From: Deltaproteobacteria bacterium
Lineage (GTDB): Bacteria > Myxococcota_A > UBA796 > UBA2385
NCBI GenBank assembly: GCA_016792625.1
Contig: JAEUKK010000159.1
Span: forward strand, 12,875 to 76,874
Length of the DNA: 64,000 nt
Reading direction: 5' to 3'
Notes under the pieces: generated by a model
Told to the model about the DNA's origin: nothing
Seen by the model: only the letters and a program-made list of their open reading frames with translations
Database searches by the model: none
Shown: one piece after another, positions 53,741 through 63,822 of the stretch
Layout: each line of letters begins with the position of its first letter
How positions within the stretch are numbered: position 1 is the first letter of the stretch
Program-made: the position numbers and the translations under genes

Positions 53741-56700
53741 ATGTCCACCCCGCGCCCACCCCTCCTCCCCGCCGCCCTGGCCCTGCTCGCCGCCGCCTGC
53801 GCCCCGACCATCCCCAAGGGCGACGATGGCGGCGCGGACGGCGATGACGGCGCGGGAGACGGCGCCGCAGACGGCGCAGGCGACGGCAACGCCGATGGCG
53901 CGGACGGCGCCGACGGCGGCGGCCCCGACCCCGAGGCCCCCTGGGTCCGCGACGAGGACCTGAGCCCTGGTCCGGTCGTCTTCACCGAGCTGCACGTCCA
54001 TCCGCCCGAGGGCGACGGTGCGGAGTGGCTCGAGCTGCACAACCCCACGGTCCTGCCGATCGACCTCTCGGGCTGGGCCCTGGTCGATGGCGTCGACTAT
54101 CGCTTCCCCGAGGGCACCCTCATCGAGCCGGGCGGCTATCTGGTGGTGGCCGCCGACCCCGCGGCGCTGGGCGGGGTGGCCGCCGGGCCGGTGCTCGGGC
54201 CCTGGGCGGGGCGCTTGGCCGACGACGGCGAGAAGGTCGAGCTGCGCAGCAACGGCGGGCGGCGCATCGACGCGCTGCGCTACGGGGTCGACGCGCCCTG
54301 GCCGGTCGCGCCCGGGGGCAGCGGGCTGACCCTGGCCAAGGCCCGGCCCACCGACCCGAGCGCCCGCGCCGAGTCCTGGGGGGCCAGCGCGGCGGTGGGC
54401 GGCAGCCCGGGCGCGGCGAACGAGGCGCCCGCGGCAGAGGCGCCCCTGCACCTCTCCGAGTGGGGCGCCGCCGGCGAGGACTGGGTCGAGCTCGAAGCCC
54501 TCGCCGACGTCGATCCCGCCGACCTGCGCCTGCGAACCGACCGGGGCCGCGACCTGCCCCTGCCCGCGGGAGCGGTCGGCGCCGGCGACCTGCTGCTGCT
54601 CGATGGCCTCGACCCGCTTGAAGAGGGCGAGCTGCTGTGGCTGGCCGACGGTGCTTCGGGCGCGGTGCTCGACGCCGGCCGGGTGGCCGCGGCGCCCCGG
54701 GCCCGGCTGGAGCCCTTCGGCCCCGCGCTGCGCCCGACCCCGCCCACGCCGGGCGCGCCCAACCTGGTCGAGCTGACCGAAGACATCGTGATCCACGAGA
54801 TCATGTACCACCGCAACCCCCGGGTCGAAGAGGGCCTGCCCTTCGAAGAGCGCCCTGAGGAGTGGATCGAGCTGTTCAACCGCGGCGAGGCCCCGGTAGA
54901 CCTCGGCGGCTGGCGGCTGGTCGACGCGGTCGGCTTCACCTTCCCCGCCGACACGGTGCTCGCGCCCGGCGGGCTGCTGGTGGTGGCCCGTGACGCAGCC
55001 GCGCTCGTTGCGCTGCACCCCGACGCCCCGATCATCGGCGACTGGGAGGGCAGCCTCAGCAACGCCAGCGACCAGATCGTGCTGCTCGACGCCAACGGCA
55101 ACACCACCGACCAAGTGCGCTACGCCGACGGCGGGCGCTGGCCGACCGCGGCCGACGGCGGGGGGTCGAGCCTCGAGCTGATCGACCCCTGGGCTGACAA
55201 CACCGCGCCGGGCGCCTGGGCGGCCAGCGACGAGGCAGGTCGGGCCCCTTGGACCACCCTGCGCTGGACGGCCGAGGCCGCGCCCAGCGCGGTGGGCCCC
55301 GACGGGGTCTGGAACGAGCTGGTCATGGGCCTGCTCGACGCCGGCGAGGTGCTGGTCGACGATGTCTCGGTCATCGAGGACCCCGACGGCGAGGCCATTC
55401 AGCTCGTGCGCGATCCGGGTTTTGATCGCGACGGCGACTGGCGCACCATCGGCAACCACCGCCGCAGCGCGCGGGTGCCCGACCCCGAAGACCCAGCCGA
55501 CACGGTGCTGCGCCTCGTCGCCACCGGCCCGACCGAGCACATGCACAACCACGCCGAGACGACGCTGGACCGGCCGCTGCGCGGCGTCCGCACCGAGGTC
55601 TCGCTGCGGGCCCGCTGGGTCTCGGGCAGCAACCAGCTCCACACCCGGCTGTACTTCAACCGGATGCCCCGCACCCACCTGCTGCCCCAGCCGGCGACCG
55701 CGGGCACGCCGGGCGCGCCGAACAGCCACGCCGGGGCGCTGGGGCCCACCCTTGTCGGGCTGCGGGCCGATGCGGCGGTGCCCGCACCCGGGGAGCCCGT
55801 AACCATCACCGTGCAGGCAGACGACCCGGATGGGATCTCCTCTCTGGCCGTACGGTGGCGGTTCGACGGCGCCACCACATTCTCCTCCACCGATATGGAT
55901 GAGTCGGCGCCAGGCATCTACACCGCCACCCTGCCCGGCCAAGCCGCCGGCGCCCTGGTGCAGCTCTACGTCGAGGCCGAAGACGCGAGCGGGGCCATCA
56001 GCGCCGCCCCCGCCGCCGGGGCCGAGAGCCGCGCGCTGATCCAGTGGGCCGAGGCCGCGTCTGGGGCGGGCGCCCTCCCGACCCTCCGCCTGCTGATGAC
56101 CGCCGCCGACAGCGCCTATTTTCACGACCCAGTGAACCTGATGAGCAACGAGGGCGTGGGCGCCACCGTCGTCTATGCCGAGCAGGAGGTCTACTTCGAC
56201 GTCAGCGTGCGGGCCAAGGGCAGCCAGCGCGGCCGGCCCGAGGTGCTGCGCCTGGGCTACGGCCTGCGCTTCCTCGACGACGCGCCTTTCCGCGGCGTGC
56301 ACAGCACCGTGCTGCTCGATCGCTCTGAGGGGGTGAACTTCGGCCAGCGCGAGGTGCTGCACAACGTGGTCGCCGCGCGCCTGGGCCTCGAGTCCGCCGA
56401 GCTCAACGACCTCGCCTGGGTGGTCGCGCCGCGCCCCGAGCACACCGGCCCCGTCGAGCTGCAGCTCGACCGCTTCGGCGGCCTGATGCTCGACGCCCAA
56501 TTCGAAGACGGGGGCGCGGGCACCCAATGGGACTACGAGCTGATCTACTTCCCCTACACCTCGGCCGACGGCACACCCGAGGGGGCCAAGCTGCCCCAGC
56601 CCGACGCCGTGATTGGCGTGCCGGTCAGCTACCTCGGCGAAGACAAAGAGGCCTACCGTTGGAACTTCGCCATCCAAAACAACACGGCCCAAGATGAGTA

Positions 56701-57460
56701 CGATGAGCTGATCGCCTTGGGTGAGCTGTTCTCGTCGGATGACGCCACGCTGCTGGCCCGCGCCGACGAGCTCATCGACGTCGAGCAGTGGCTGCGGGCC
56801 TTCGCCTTCGCCACCTTGTCAGGCGCGGTCGACAACTATGGCAGTGATGGCGCCCAACACAACGCCCGCTTCTACCTGCGGCCGGCCGACCGGCGGCTGC
56901 TCTACTTCCCCCACGACCTCGACTTCTACGGCCACCACGCCATGCCCGTCGTCGGGAACGGTGACCTGGCGCGCCTGTTGACCGACAGCCTCTACCACCG
57001 CCGCTACTACGCCGCCCTCGACGACGCGCTGCGGCGGGCCTACTCCAGCGCCTACCTCGCGCCTTGGTGCGCGCGCCTCGCCGCGCTGCTGCCCGACCAA
57101 GACTTCGCCGGCCACTGCGCGTTCATCGACACCCGCGCCGATTGGCTACGGTCAGGGCCGGGCGACGCGGTCGACTCAATCTATCCACCGACCCCTTTCG
57201 TCATCACCACCGGCGATGGGGCAAGGGTCGAGGTCACGACCCCCACCGTGAGCATCGAAGGCAGGGGCGGGGTGTCGGTGCGCGTGATCTCTGAAGACAG
57301 CACCGGCTTCAGCGCCGAACCGGAGTGGACGGGCCCCACCACCTGGGCCCTGACCCTCCCCATACCGACCGGGGCGAGCACGCTCCGCCTCGTCGCCACC
57401 GACCTGCGCGGGGCGGTGCTCGGCGAAGACAGCGTCGAGGTGCTGCGCAGCGATCCCTGA
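53741..57460 (+). CDS. Lipoprotein with lamin-tail domains and a CotH kinase-like domain
   Basis: Lipobox LLAAAC; LTD motifs EWLELHN..IDLSGWAL and IHEIMYH..EWIELFN..VDLGGWRL; CotH-like RAKGS, VDNY..HNARFY..FPHDLD. Confidence 0.85.
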   Translation: MSTPRPPLLPAALALLAAACAPTIPKGDDGGADGDDGAGDGAADGAGDGNADGADGADGGGPDPEAPWVRDEDLSPGPVVFTELHVHPPEGDGAEWLELHNPTVLPIDLSGWALVDGVDYRFPEGTLIEPGGYLVVAADPAALGGVAAGPVLGPWAGRLADDGEKVELRSNGGRRIDALRYGVDAPWPVAPGGSGLTLAKARPTDPSARAESWGASAAVGGSPGAANEAPAAEAPLHLSEWGAAGEDWVELEALADVDPADLRLRTDRGRDLPLPAGAVGAGDLLLLDGLDPLEEGELLWLADGASGAVLDAGRVAAAPRARLEPFGPALRPTPPTPGAPNLVELTEDIVIHEIMYHRNPRVEEGLPFEERPEEWIELFNRGEAPVDLGGWRLVDAVGFTFPADTVLAPGGLLVVARDAAALVALHPDAPIIGDWEGSLSNASDQIVLLDANGNTTDQVRYADGGRWPTAADGGGSSLELIDPWADNTAPGAWAASDEAGRAPWTTLRWTAEAAPSAVGPDGVWNELVMGLLDAGEVLVDDVSVIEDPDGEAIQLVRDPGFDRDGDWRTIGNHRRSARVPDPEDPADTVLRLVATGPTEHMHNHAETTLDRPLRGVRTEVSLRARWVSGSNQLHTRLYFNRMPRTHLLPQPATAGTPGAPNSHAGALGPTLVGLRADAAVPAPGEPVTITVQADDPDGISSLAVRWRFDGATTFSSTDMDESAPGIYTATLPGQAAGALVQLYVEAEDASGAISAAPAAGAESRALIQWAEAASGAGALPTLRLLMTAADSAYFHDPVNLMSNEGVGATVVYAEQEVYFDVSVRAKGSQRGRPEVLRLGYGLRFLDDAPFRGVHSTVLLDRSEGVNFGQREVLHNVVAARLGLESAELNDLAWVVAPRPEHTGPVELQLDRFGGLMLDAQFEDGGAGTQWDYELIYFPYTSADGTPEGAKLPQPDAVIGVPVSYLGEDKEAYRWNFAIQNNTAQDEYDELIALGELFSSDDATLLARADELIDVEQWLRAFAFATLSGAVDNYGSDGAQHNARFYLRPADRRLLYFPHDLDFYGHHAMPVVGNGDLARLLTDSLYHRRYYAALDDALRRAYSSAYLAPWCARLAALLPDQDFAGHCAFIDTRADWLRSGPGDAVDSIYPPTPFVITTGDGARVEVTTPTVSIEGRGGVSVRVISEDSTGFSAEPEWTGPTTWALTLPIPTGASTLRLVATDLRGAVLGEDSVEVLRSDP

Positions 57461-57488
57461 GGCCCCGACCAGCGACCGGCAGCTCAGG

Positions 57489-57606
57489 CGCCCCGTCGGC
57501 CTGCGGCCGCCGGCCCCTGTCCTGCGCGCGCGGGGCCTGCCGGCCCCTTGGTCGCTGCGCGACCGGCCTGCGGCCGCGCTCCGGCCCGGGTGGCGCGCGC
57601 GAGGCG
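57489..57606 (+). repeat. Dispersed hairpin-rich repeat, copy C
   Basis: cgccccgtcggcctgcggccgccggccc...ctccggcccgggtggcgcgcgcgaggcg. Confidence 0.7.
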
Positions 57607-57652
57607 GCCCAAGAGCGCGCCGCGCAGCGGGCTTGCCCTGACAGGATCCCCC

Positions 57653-57677
57653 AGGATGACGCACTGTACGTCATCCT
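57653..57677. promoter_or_regulatory. Perfect 9-7-9 inverted repeat, putative operator
   Basis: AGGATGACG-cactgta-CGTCATCCT, 67 bp upstream of the ATG at 57745. Confidence 0.55.
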
Positions 57678-57744
57678 CGCCGACCAGCCTCGCCCATTGG
57701 TTAAGCTGAAAACGCGCGGGCGCCCCGCCCCGCGCGGAGGACCG

Positions 57745-60700
57745 ATGCCCCGCCGCCCGCTCTCCCGCGCCCTCCTGCTCGGCACCTTCGCCCTCGCCGC
57801 ATGCGCGCCTGCGCCCGAGACCGCGCCTGCCGGGGCTCCGGCGGCTGCCCTGAGCCCACCCCCCGATCCGGCGGTCTGGCAGGCCGAGGTGGGCCGGCGG
57901 CTGCGCGCCGAAGCCCAGGCCATCCGCCTCGAAGACGGCGTCTGGCAGGCCGATGTCGCCGATCTGACCGTGCGCTGGCAGGGCCGCACCGCCGACCTGG
58001 GCGGGCGCCTGCGGCTGCGCACGGCCGCGCTCGGCCGGCCGGGCCAGAGCACCCCGCTCCCCGAGGGCGCGCCCGCCGCGGGGGCCTGCACCGACGTGAT
58101 CGACGCCCTGGGCGCCTGCGTGCCCCGCCTCGAGCGCCACGACGGCGCGCTGACCGAGTGGTGGGTCGGCCAGGGCGGCGCGCTGGCCCACGGCTGGACG
58201 GTGGGGGCGCCGCCGCCCGGCGAGGGCCCGCTGACGGTCATGGTCGCGGTCGAGGGGCACCAAGCCCTCAGCGGCGGCGGTGAAACGCTCACGATGCGCG
58301 ACGGCCAAGGCGACCGCTGGACGATCGACGGCCTCGCCGCTTGGGACGCTGAGGGTCGGGCCCTGCCCGCGCGGCTGCAGCCCTCCACCGGCGGTTTTGT
58401 GGTCGAGGTCGACGACGCCGGGGCGCGCTACCCGGTCGAGATCGACCCCATCTACACGCCGGCCGGCTGGCGGGTCGAGGGCCTCGCCGAGGGCGGCGAC
58501 TTCGGCTTCGTGGTCAAGGTCATCGGCGACGTCAACGGCGACGGCTACGATGATGTCGCGGTGGGCGGGCCCACCTTCGGCGGCGACAACGGCCGGGCCT
58601 ATGTCTACCACAACAGCGCGACCGGCCTCGGGGCCAGCGCGAACCGCCGCCTGCCCGGCGTCGACGGCGCCGACCTGGGCACGGCCCTCGACGGCGCCGG
58701 CGACGTCGACAACGACGGCTATGACGACCTCATCGTCGGCGCGCCCGGCAGCTCGGCAGACGCGGGCGCGGCCTTCCTCTACCGCGGCGGGCCATCGGGG
58801 ATCGAGGCGAGCGCGGCGGTCACGCTCAGCGGCGGCGCCGCAGGCGACCGCTTCGGCCTCGCCGTGGCGGGCGTCGGCGACATGAATGGCGACGGCTACG
58901 ATGATGTGGCGGTGGGCGCGCCGTACAGCGGCAGCAGCCTCGGCGCGGTCGCCGTACACTACGGCAGCGCCAGCGGCATCTCCAGCACCCCCAGCTGGAC
59001 CAAGGTGGGCACGGTGGCCAACGGCCGCTACGGCTCCGCTGTCTCTGGCGTGGGCGACAGCGACGCCGACGGCTACGCCGACATGGTCGTGGGCGGGCCC
59101 GGGGCGAACGCGACCATCGTCCCCCGTTTTGAGTGGCTGCCCGGCAGCGCGAGCGGCGTCGACGCCGCGGGCAGCCTCACGGTGACCTCGGGCGCGGGCA
59201 ACTACCTCGGCTGCGCCATCGATCATGCGGGCGACGTCAACAACGACGGCTACGACGATGTGATCGTGGGGTCTTGGGGTGCCAACTCGGTCTCGGGCCG
59301 GGCCTTCGTCTACCTCGGCAGCGCGGCGGGCCTGTCGACCACCGGCGTCAGCACGCTCAACCCCACGACCACCGGGGTCTACTTCGGCTGGGCGGTGGCC
59401 GGCGTCGGTGACGTCACCGGTGATGGCTACGACGATGTCATTGTCGGCGGCCCCAACTACCTGTCGAGCCGGGGCCGGGTCTATCTGCACCGCGGCCTCT
59501 CTACTGGGGTCTCGACCTCGGCGACGACCATCTACACCGGCGGCGCCTCGACCGACCGCCTGGGCGAAGCGGTCTCGGGCGGGGTCGACCTCACCGGTGA
59601 TGGCACCTCCGACATGCTCGTGGGCTCCAGCGGGTATAGCGCATGGGGTCGGGCCACGGTCTTCCCCGGCACCACGGGCACCCCGAGCACCACCGCCGCG
59701 TATACACTTGAGCCCATCGAGTCCACCGACAACTATGGCTACTCGATCTCGGGCGCCGGCGACGTCAACAACGACGGTTACGAAGACCTCATCGTCGGCG
59801 CGCCCGGGGTCAGCCGCGACGCGGGCGCGGCCTACCTCTACCTCGGGGCGGCAGCCGGCCCCTCGACCACCGCGGCGCGGGTGCTCAGCGGCGGGGCGGC
59901 GGGCGACCGTTTTGGCATCGGGGTCGCGGCAGCAGGCGACGTGAACAACGACGGCTACGATGATGTCATCGTCGGCGCCTCAGCCTACAGCTCGAGCACC
60001 GGCCGCGCCTATGTGTACGCGGGCAGCGCCGCGGGCCTCGGCGCCTCGCCCCTGGTCACCTACACCGGCGCCGCCACCTCGACGGCCTTCGGCACGACCG
60101 TGGCCTCGGCCGGCGATGTGAACAACGACGGCTATGACGACCTCATGGTGTCGGCGCCAAACACCAGCAGCAGCGCGGGGGCGGTGCGCATCTATCACGG
60201 GGCGGTCAGCCCCTCGACCACCGCGGTCACCACCATCACAGGCAGCAGCGGCAGTTACCTCGGCACCGACATCTCAACGGCGGGCGACGTCAACGGCGAC
60301 GGCTACGACGATGTGGCGATCGGGGCCTCTCGGGCGAGCAGCAACGCCGGCCGGGTGACCGTGCACCACGGCGGGCCCGCAGGCGTCTCGAGCACGGCCG
60401 CCACGACCATCACCGGGCCCACCGCCGCGCGCTTGGGCCTCTCCCTCGCCGGGGGCGTCGATCTGGACGGTGATGGCTTCAGCGACCTCGCGATGAGCGG
60501 CCCCTACACCGCTGGCGGCGGGGTGGTGCAGGTCCACCGGGGCAGCGCCACCGGCCTGAGCAGCACCCCCAGCGTCAGCCTGAGCGCGCTCGCCGCCGGC
60601 GACGGCTTTGGTCGGGGCCTCACCTGGCTCGACATCGACGGCGACGGCGCCCTCGAGCTCGCCGTCTCGGCCTACACCGCCGACGACGTCTGGCTCTACG

Positions 60701-63700
60701 CGGGCGCGGCGGGCGCGCTCGGCGCCAGCCCTGTCGAGACCTGGACCGGCCCGACCATCGGCGACACCTCGCCCAAGACCCTGACCGCGGCCGATCTGAA
60801 CGGCGACGGGCTCGATGATCTGGTGGCCTCAGCCTATGTATGGGGCGAAGGCGGCGGGGTGGTCTACGCCATGCTCGCCTACGGGGACGCCGACGAAGAC
60901 GGCGTGTCGGCAGCCGAGGACTGCGACGACAACGACGCGCTGGTCGGCGCCGGCAGCCCGGCCTTCACCGACGCCGACGGTGATGGCTACGGCGGGGCCC
61001 CGACCCTGGCCTGCCCCGGCGACAGCGGCGTGGCCGCGGTGGGCGGTGACTGTGACGACGGCGACGCGGCGGTCTCTCCGGCGGGGAGCGAGGTCTGTGA
61101 CGCCGCCGACGTCGACGAGGACTGTGACGGCCTCACCGACGACGCCGACCCCGGCGTCACCGGGCGCTCCACCTTCTACGCCGATGCCGATGGCGACAGC
61201 TATGGTGATCCGAGCGTCACAACCTCAGCCTGCAGCGCGCCCTCGGGCCACGTCGCCGCCGCGGGTGACTGCGACGACAGCCGGGCGGGGGTCTCTCCGG
61301 CGGGCAGCGAGGTCTGTGACGCCGCCGACAGAGACGAGGACTGCGACGGTCTGGCCAATGACGCCGACCCGGGCGTGAGCGGGCGCTCCACCTTCTACGC
61401 CGACGCAGATGGCGACAGCTACGGTGATCCCAGCGCCAGCACCCTAGGCTGCAGCGCGCCGAGCGGGCATGTGGCCGCCGCGGGTGACTGCGACGACAGC
61501 CGGGCGGCGGTCTCTCCGGCGGGCAGCGAGGTCTGCGACGCCGCCGACCTGGACGAGGACTGCGACGGGCTGACCGACGACGCCGACCCCGGCGTAAGCG
61601 GGCGCAGCACCTTCTACGCCGATGCCGATGGCGACAGCTACGGTGATCCCAGCGTCAGCACCCTCGCCTGCAGCGCGCCCTCGGGCCACGTCGCCGTGGC
61701 AGGTGACTGCGACGACAGCCGGGCGGCGGTCACTCCGGCGGGCAGCGAGGTCTGTGACGCCGACGACCGAGACGAGGACTGCGACGGTCTGGCCGACGAC
61801 GCCGACCCGGGCGTGAGCGGGCGCTCCACCTTCTACGCCGACGCAGATGGCGACAGCTACGGTGATCCCAGCGTCACGACCTTAGCCTGCAGCGCGCCCT
61901 CGGGCCACGTGGCGGTGGCCGGCGACTGCGACGACAGCCGCGCGGGGGTCTCTCCGGCGGGCAGTGAGGTCTGTGACGCCGACGACCGCGACGAGGACTG
62001 CGACGGCCTGGCCGACGACGCCGACCCGGGCGTGAGCGGGCGCAGCACCTTCTACGCCGATGCCGATGGCGACAGCTACGGTGATCCCAGCGTCACAACC
62101 TCAGCCTGCAGCGCGCCGAGCGGGCACGTGGCCGCCGCGGGTGACTGCGACGACAGCCGCGCCGGGGTCTCTCCGGCGGGCAGCGAGGTCTGTGACGCCG
62201 ACGACCGCGACGAGGACTGCGACGGTCTGGCCGACGACGCCGACCCGGGCGTGAGCGGGCGCAGCACCTTCTACGCCGACGTGGATGGCGACAGCTACGG
62301 TGATCCCAGCGTCACGACCTTAGCCTGCAGCGCACCCTCGGGCCACGTCGCCGTGGCAGGTGACTGCGACGACAGCCGGGCGGCGGTCTCTCCGGCGGGC
62401 AGCGAGGTCTGTGACGCCGACGACCGCGACGAGGACTGTGACGGCCTCGCTGATGACGCCGACCCCGGGGTGAGCGGGCGCAGCACCTACTACCGCGACG
62501 CCGACAGCGACAGCTACGGTGATCCCAGCCTCACCACCCTCGCCTGCAGCGCGCCGAGCGGGCACGTGGCCATCGCGGGTGACTGCGACGATACCCGCAC
62601 CGAGATCTCTCCCGACGCCGATGAGGTCTGCGACGGGGGCACCGTCGATGAAGACTGCGACGGGCTGGTCAATGACGACGACCCCACCGTCGACGGCCTC
62701 ACCGAGTTCTATTGGGACGCCGATGGCGACGGCTTCGGCGCCGCCGCGCCCACGGCCTCAGGCTGCCTGCCCCCGGCCGGCTTTGTGGCCACCCCCGGGG
62801 ACTGCGACGACGACGCTCTCTCCGTCTACCCCGGCGCGCCCGAGCCCGACTGCGCCGACCCGGTCGACCGCAATTGCGACGGCTCCACCGGCTTCGCCGA
62901 CCTCGACCTCGACGGCTGGGCCGCCTGTGAGGACTGCGACGACGCCGACCCGACCCGCCACCCGGGCATGGCCGAGCTGTGCGACGGCGCCGACATCGAC
63001 GAGGACTGCGACGGGCTCAGCGATGACGCCGACCCCTCGGCCACCGGCCAGATCGAGGTATACGCCGACGCCGACCTCGACGGCTTTGGCGACAGCGCGG
63101 CGGTGCGGGCGGCCTGCGACCCGGGCCCGGGCGAGGTGACCGTCGGGGGCGACTGCGACGACGGCGATCTGTTGACCTACCCCGACGCGCCGGAGCCCGA
63201 CTGCGCCGATCCCGCCGACCGCAACTGTGATGGATCGACCGGCTTCGCCGACCTCGACCTCGACGGCTGGGCCGCCTGCGAGGACTGCGACGACGAGGAC
63301 GACGCCCGCCACCCCGAAGCCGAAGAGGGCGTAGGCGACGAGATCGATCAGGACTGCGATGGCGCCGAGCTCTGCCTGCCCGACGCCGACGGCGATGGGG
63401 TGGTCGCCGAGGGCGCCGCGCCAGTGGCCTCCGACGACGCGCTGTGCGACGGTCCCGGCGAAGCGACCGCCGCCGCCCCGGTGGGCGACTGCGACGACGA
63501 CGACCCCGCGCGCGCCCCGGGCCTCGAGGACAGCCCCGCCGACGGCGTCGATCAAGACTGCGACGGCGAAGACGCCGCCCCGCCTGACACCGACACCCCC
63601 GACACCGACACCCCTGACACCGACACCCCCGACACCAATACCCCCGACGGGGATGGCTCAGGGGACGGTGGTCTCGCCGACGACAGCGGCGCGCAAGGTG

Positions 63701-63822
63701 TGCCTGGTGGTGAGGGGGGCGGCAAGCCGGGCGGCTGCGGCTGCGGCGGCGGGGCTCCGATCGGCGGGCTGGCCGGGCTGGTCGGGCTCCTCGCGGCGGC
63801 CCTGCGCCGGCGCCGGGCCTGA
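57745..63822 (+). CDS. Integrin-alpha/FG-GAP + MopE-related repeat surface protein with MYXO-CTERM-like tail (2025 aa)
   Basis: GGAGG RBS; lipobox-like ALAAC; 14 GDVNxDGYDD-type repeats; many DCDD..EVCD..DEDCDG units; tail GGCGC-hydrophobic-RRRR. Confidence 0.9.
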   Translation: MPRRPLSRALLLGTFALAACAPAPETAPAGAPAAALSPPPDPAVWQAEVGRRLRAEAQAIRLEDGVWQADVADLTVRWQGRTADLGGRLRLRTAALGRPGQSTPLPEGAPAAGACTDVIDALGACVPRLERHDGALTEWWVGQGGALAHGWTVGAPPPGEGPLTVMVAVEGHQALSGGGETLTMRDGQGDRWTIDGLAAWDAEGRALPARLQPSTGGFVVEVDDAGARYPVEIDPIYTPAGWRVEGLAEGGDFGFVVKVIGDVNGDGYDDVAVGGPTFGGDNGRAYVYHNSATGLGASANRRLPGVDGADLGTALDGAGDVDNDGYDDLIVGAPGSSADAGAAFLYRGGPSGIEASAAVTLSGGAAGDRFGLAVAGVGDMNGDGYDDVAVGAPYSGSSLGAVAVHYGSASGISSTPSWTKVGTVANGRYGSAVSGVGDSDADGYADMVVGGPGANATIVPRFEWLPGSASGVDAAGSLTVTSGAGNYLGCAIDHAGDVNNDGYDDVIVGSWGANSVSGRAFVYLGSAAGLSTTGVSTLNPTTTGVYFGWAVAGVGDVTGDGYDDVIVGGPNYLSSRGRVYLHRGLSTGVSTSATTIYTGGASTDRLGEAVSGGVDLTGDGTSDMLVGSSGYSAWGRATVFPGTTGTPSTTAAYTLEPIESTDNYGYSISGAGDVNNDGYEDLIVGAPGVSRDAGAAYLYLGAAAGPSTTAARVLSGGAAGDRFGIGVAAAGDVNNDGYDDVIVGASAYSSSTGRAYVYAGSAAGLGASPLVTYTGAATSTAFGTTVASAGDVNNDGYDDLMVSAPNTSSSAGAVRIYHGAVSPSTTAVTTITGSSGSYLGTDISTAGDVNGDGYDDVAIGASRASSNAGRVTVHHGGPAGVSSTAATTITGPTAARLGLSLAGGVDLDGDGFSDLAMSGPYTAGGGVVQVHRGSATGLSSTPSVSLSALAAGDGFGRGLTWLDIDGDGALELAVSAYTADDVWLYAGAAGALGASPVETWTGPTIGDTSPKTLTAADLNGDGLDDLVASAYVWGEGGGVVYAMLAYGDADEDGVSAAEDCDDNDALVGAGSPAFTDADGDGYGGAPTLACPGDSGVAAVGGDCDDGDAAVSPAGSEVCDAADVDEDCDGLTDDADPGVTGRSTFYADADGDSYGDPSVTTSACSAPSGHVAAAGDCDDSRAGVSPAGSEVCDAADRDEDCDGLANDADPGVSGRSTFYADADGDSYGDPSASTLGCSAPSGHVAAAGDCDDSRAAVSPAGSEVCDAADLDEDCDGLTDDADPGVSGRSTFYADADGDSYGDPSVSTLACSAPSGHVAVAGDCDDSRAAVTPAGSEVCDADDRDEDCDGLADDADPGVSGRSTFYADADGDSYGDPSVTTLACSAPSGHVAVAGDCDDSRAGVSPAGSEVCDADDRDEDCDGLADDADPGVSGRSTFYADADGDSYGDPSVTTSACSAPSGHVAAAGDCDDSRAGVSPAGSEVCDADDRDEDCDGLADDADPGVSGRSTFYADVDGDSYGDPSVTTLACSAPSGHVAVAGDCDDSRAAVSPAGSEVCDADDRDEDCDGLADDADPGVSGRSTYYRDADSDSYGDPSLTTLACSAPSGHVAIAGDCDDTRTEISPDADEVCDGGTVDEDCDGLVNDDDPTVDGLTEFYWDADGDGFGAAAPTASGCLPPAGFVATPGDCDDDALSVYPGAPEPDCADPVDRNCDGSTGFADLDLDGWAACEDCDDADPTRHPGMAELCDGADIDEDCDGLSDDADPSATGQIEVYADADLDGFGDSAAVRAACDPGPGEVTVGGDCDDGDLLTYPDAPEPDCADPADRNCDGSTGFADLDLDGWAACEDCDDEDDARHPEAEEGVGDEIDQDCDGAELCLPDADGDGVVAEGAAPVASDDALCDGPGEATAAAPVGDCDDDDPARAPGLEDSPADGVDQDCDGEDAAPPDTDTPDTDTPDTDTPDTNTPDGDGSGDGGLADDSGAQGVPGGEGGGKPGGCGCGGGAPIGGLAGLVGLLAAALRRRRA
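61045..62577 (+). repeat. 219-bp (73-aa) coding tandem repeat x7
   Basis: Units start at 61045, 61264, 61483, 61702, 61921, 62140 and 62359; a more diverged unit follows at 62578. Confidence 0.92.
63586..63645 (+). repeat. 15-bp coding repeat x4 (DTDTP)
   Basis: gacaccgacacccc(c/t) units, the last reading DTNTP. Confidence 0.85.

Noticed and set aside
57325-57744. Upstream extension of the 2165-aa ORF
   Set aside because: Runs through the CotH gene end and an intergenic repeat; GGAGG and the signal peptide support ATG 57745.
61045-62577. Regular repeats as a possible CRISPR array
   Set aside because: In-frame 219-bp coding units with no unique spacers and no cas genes.
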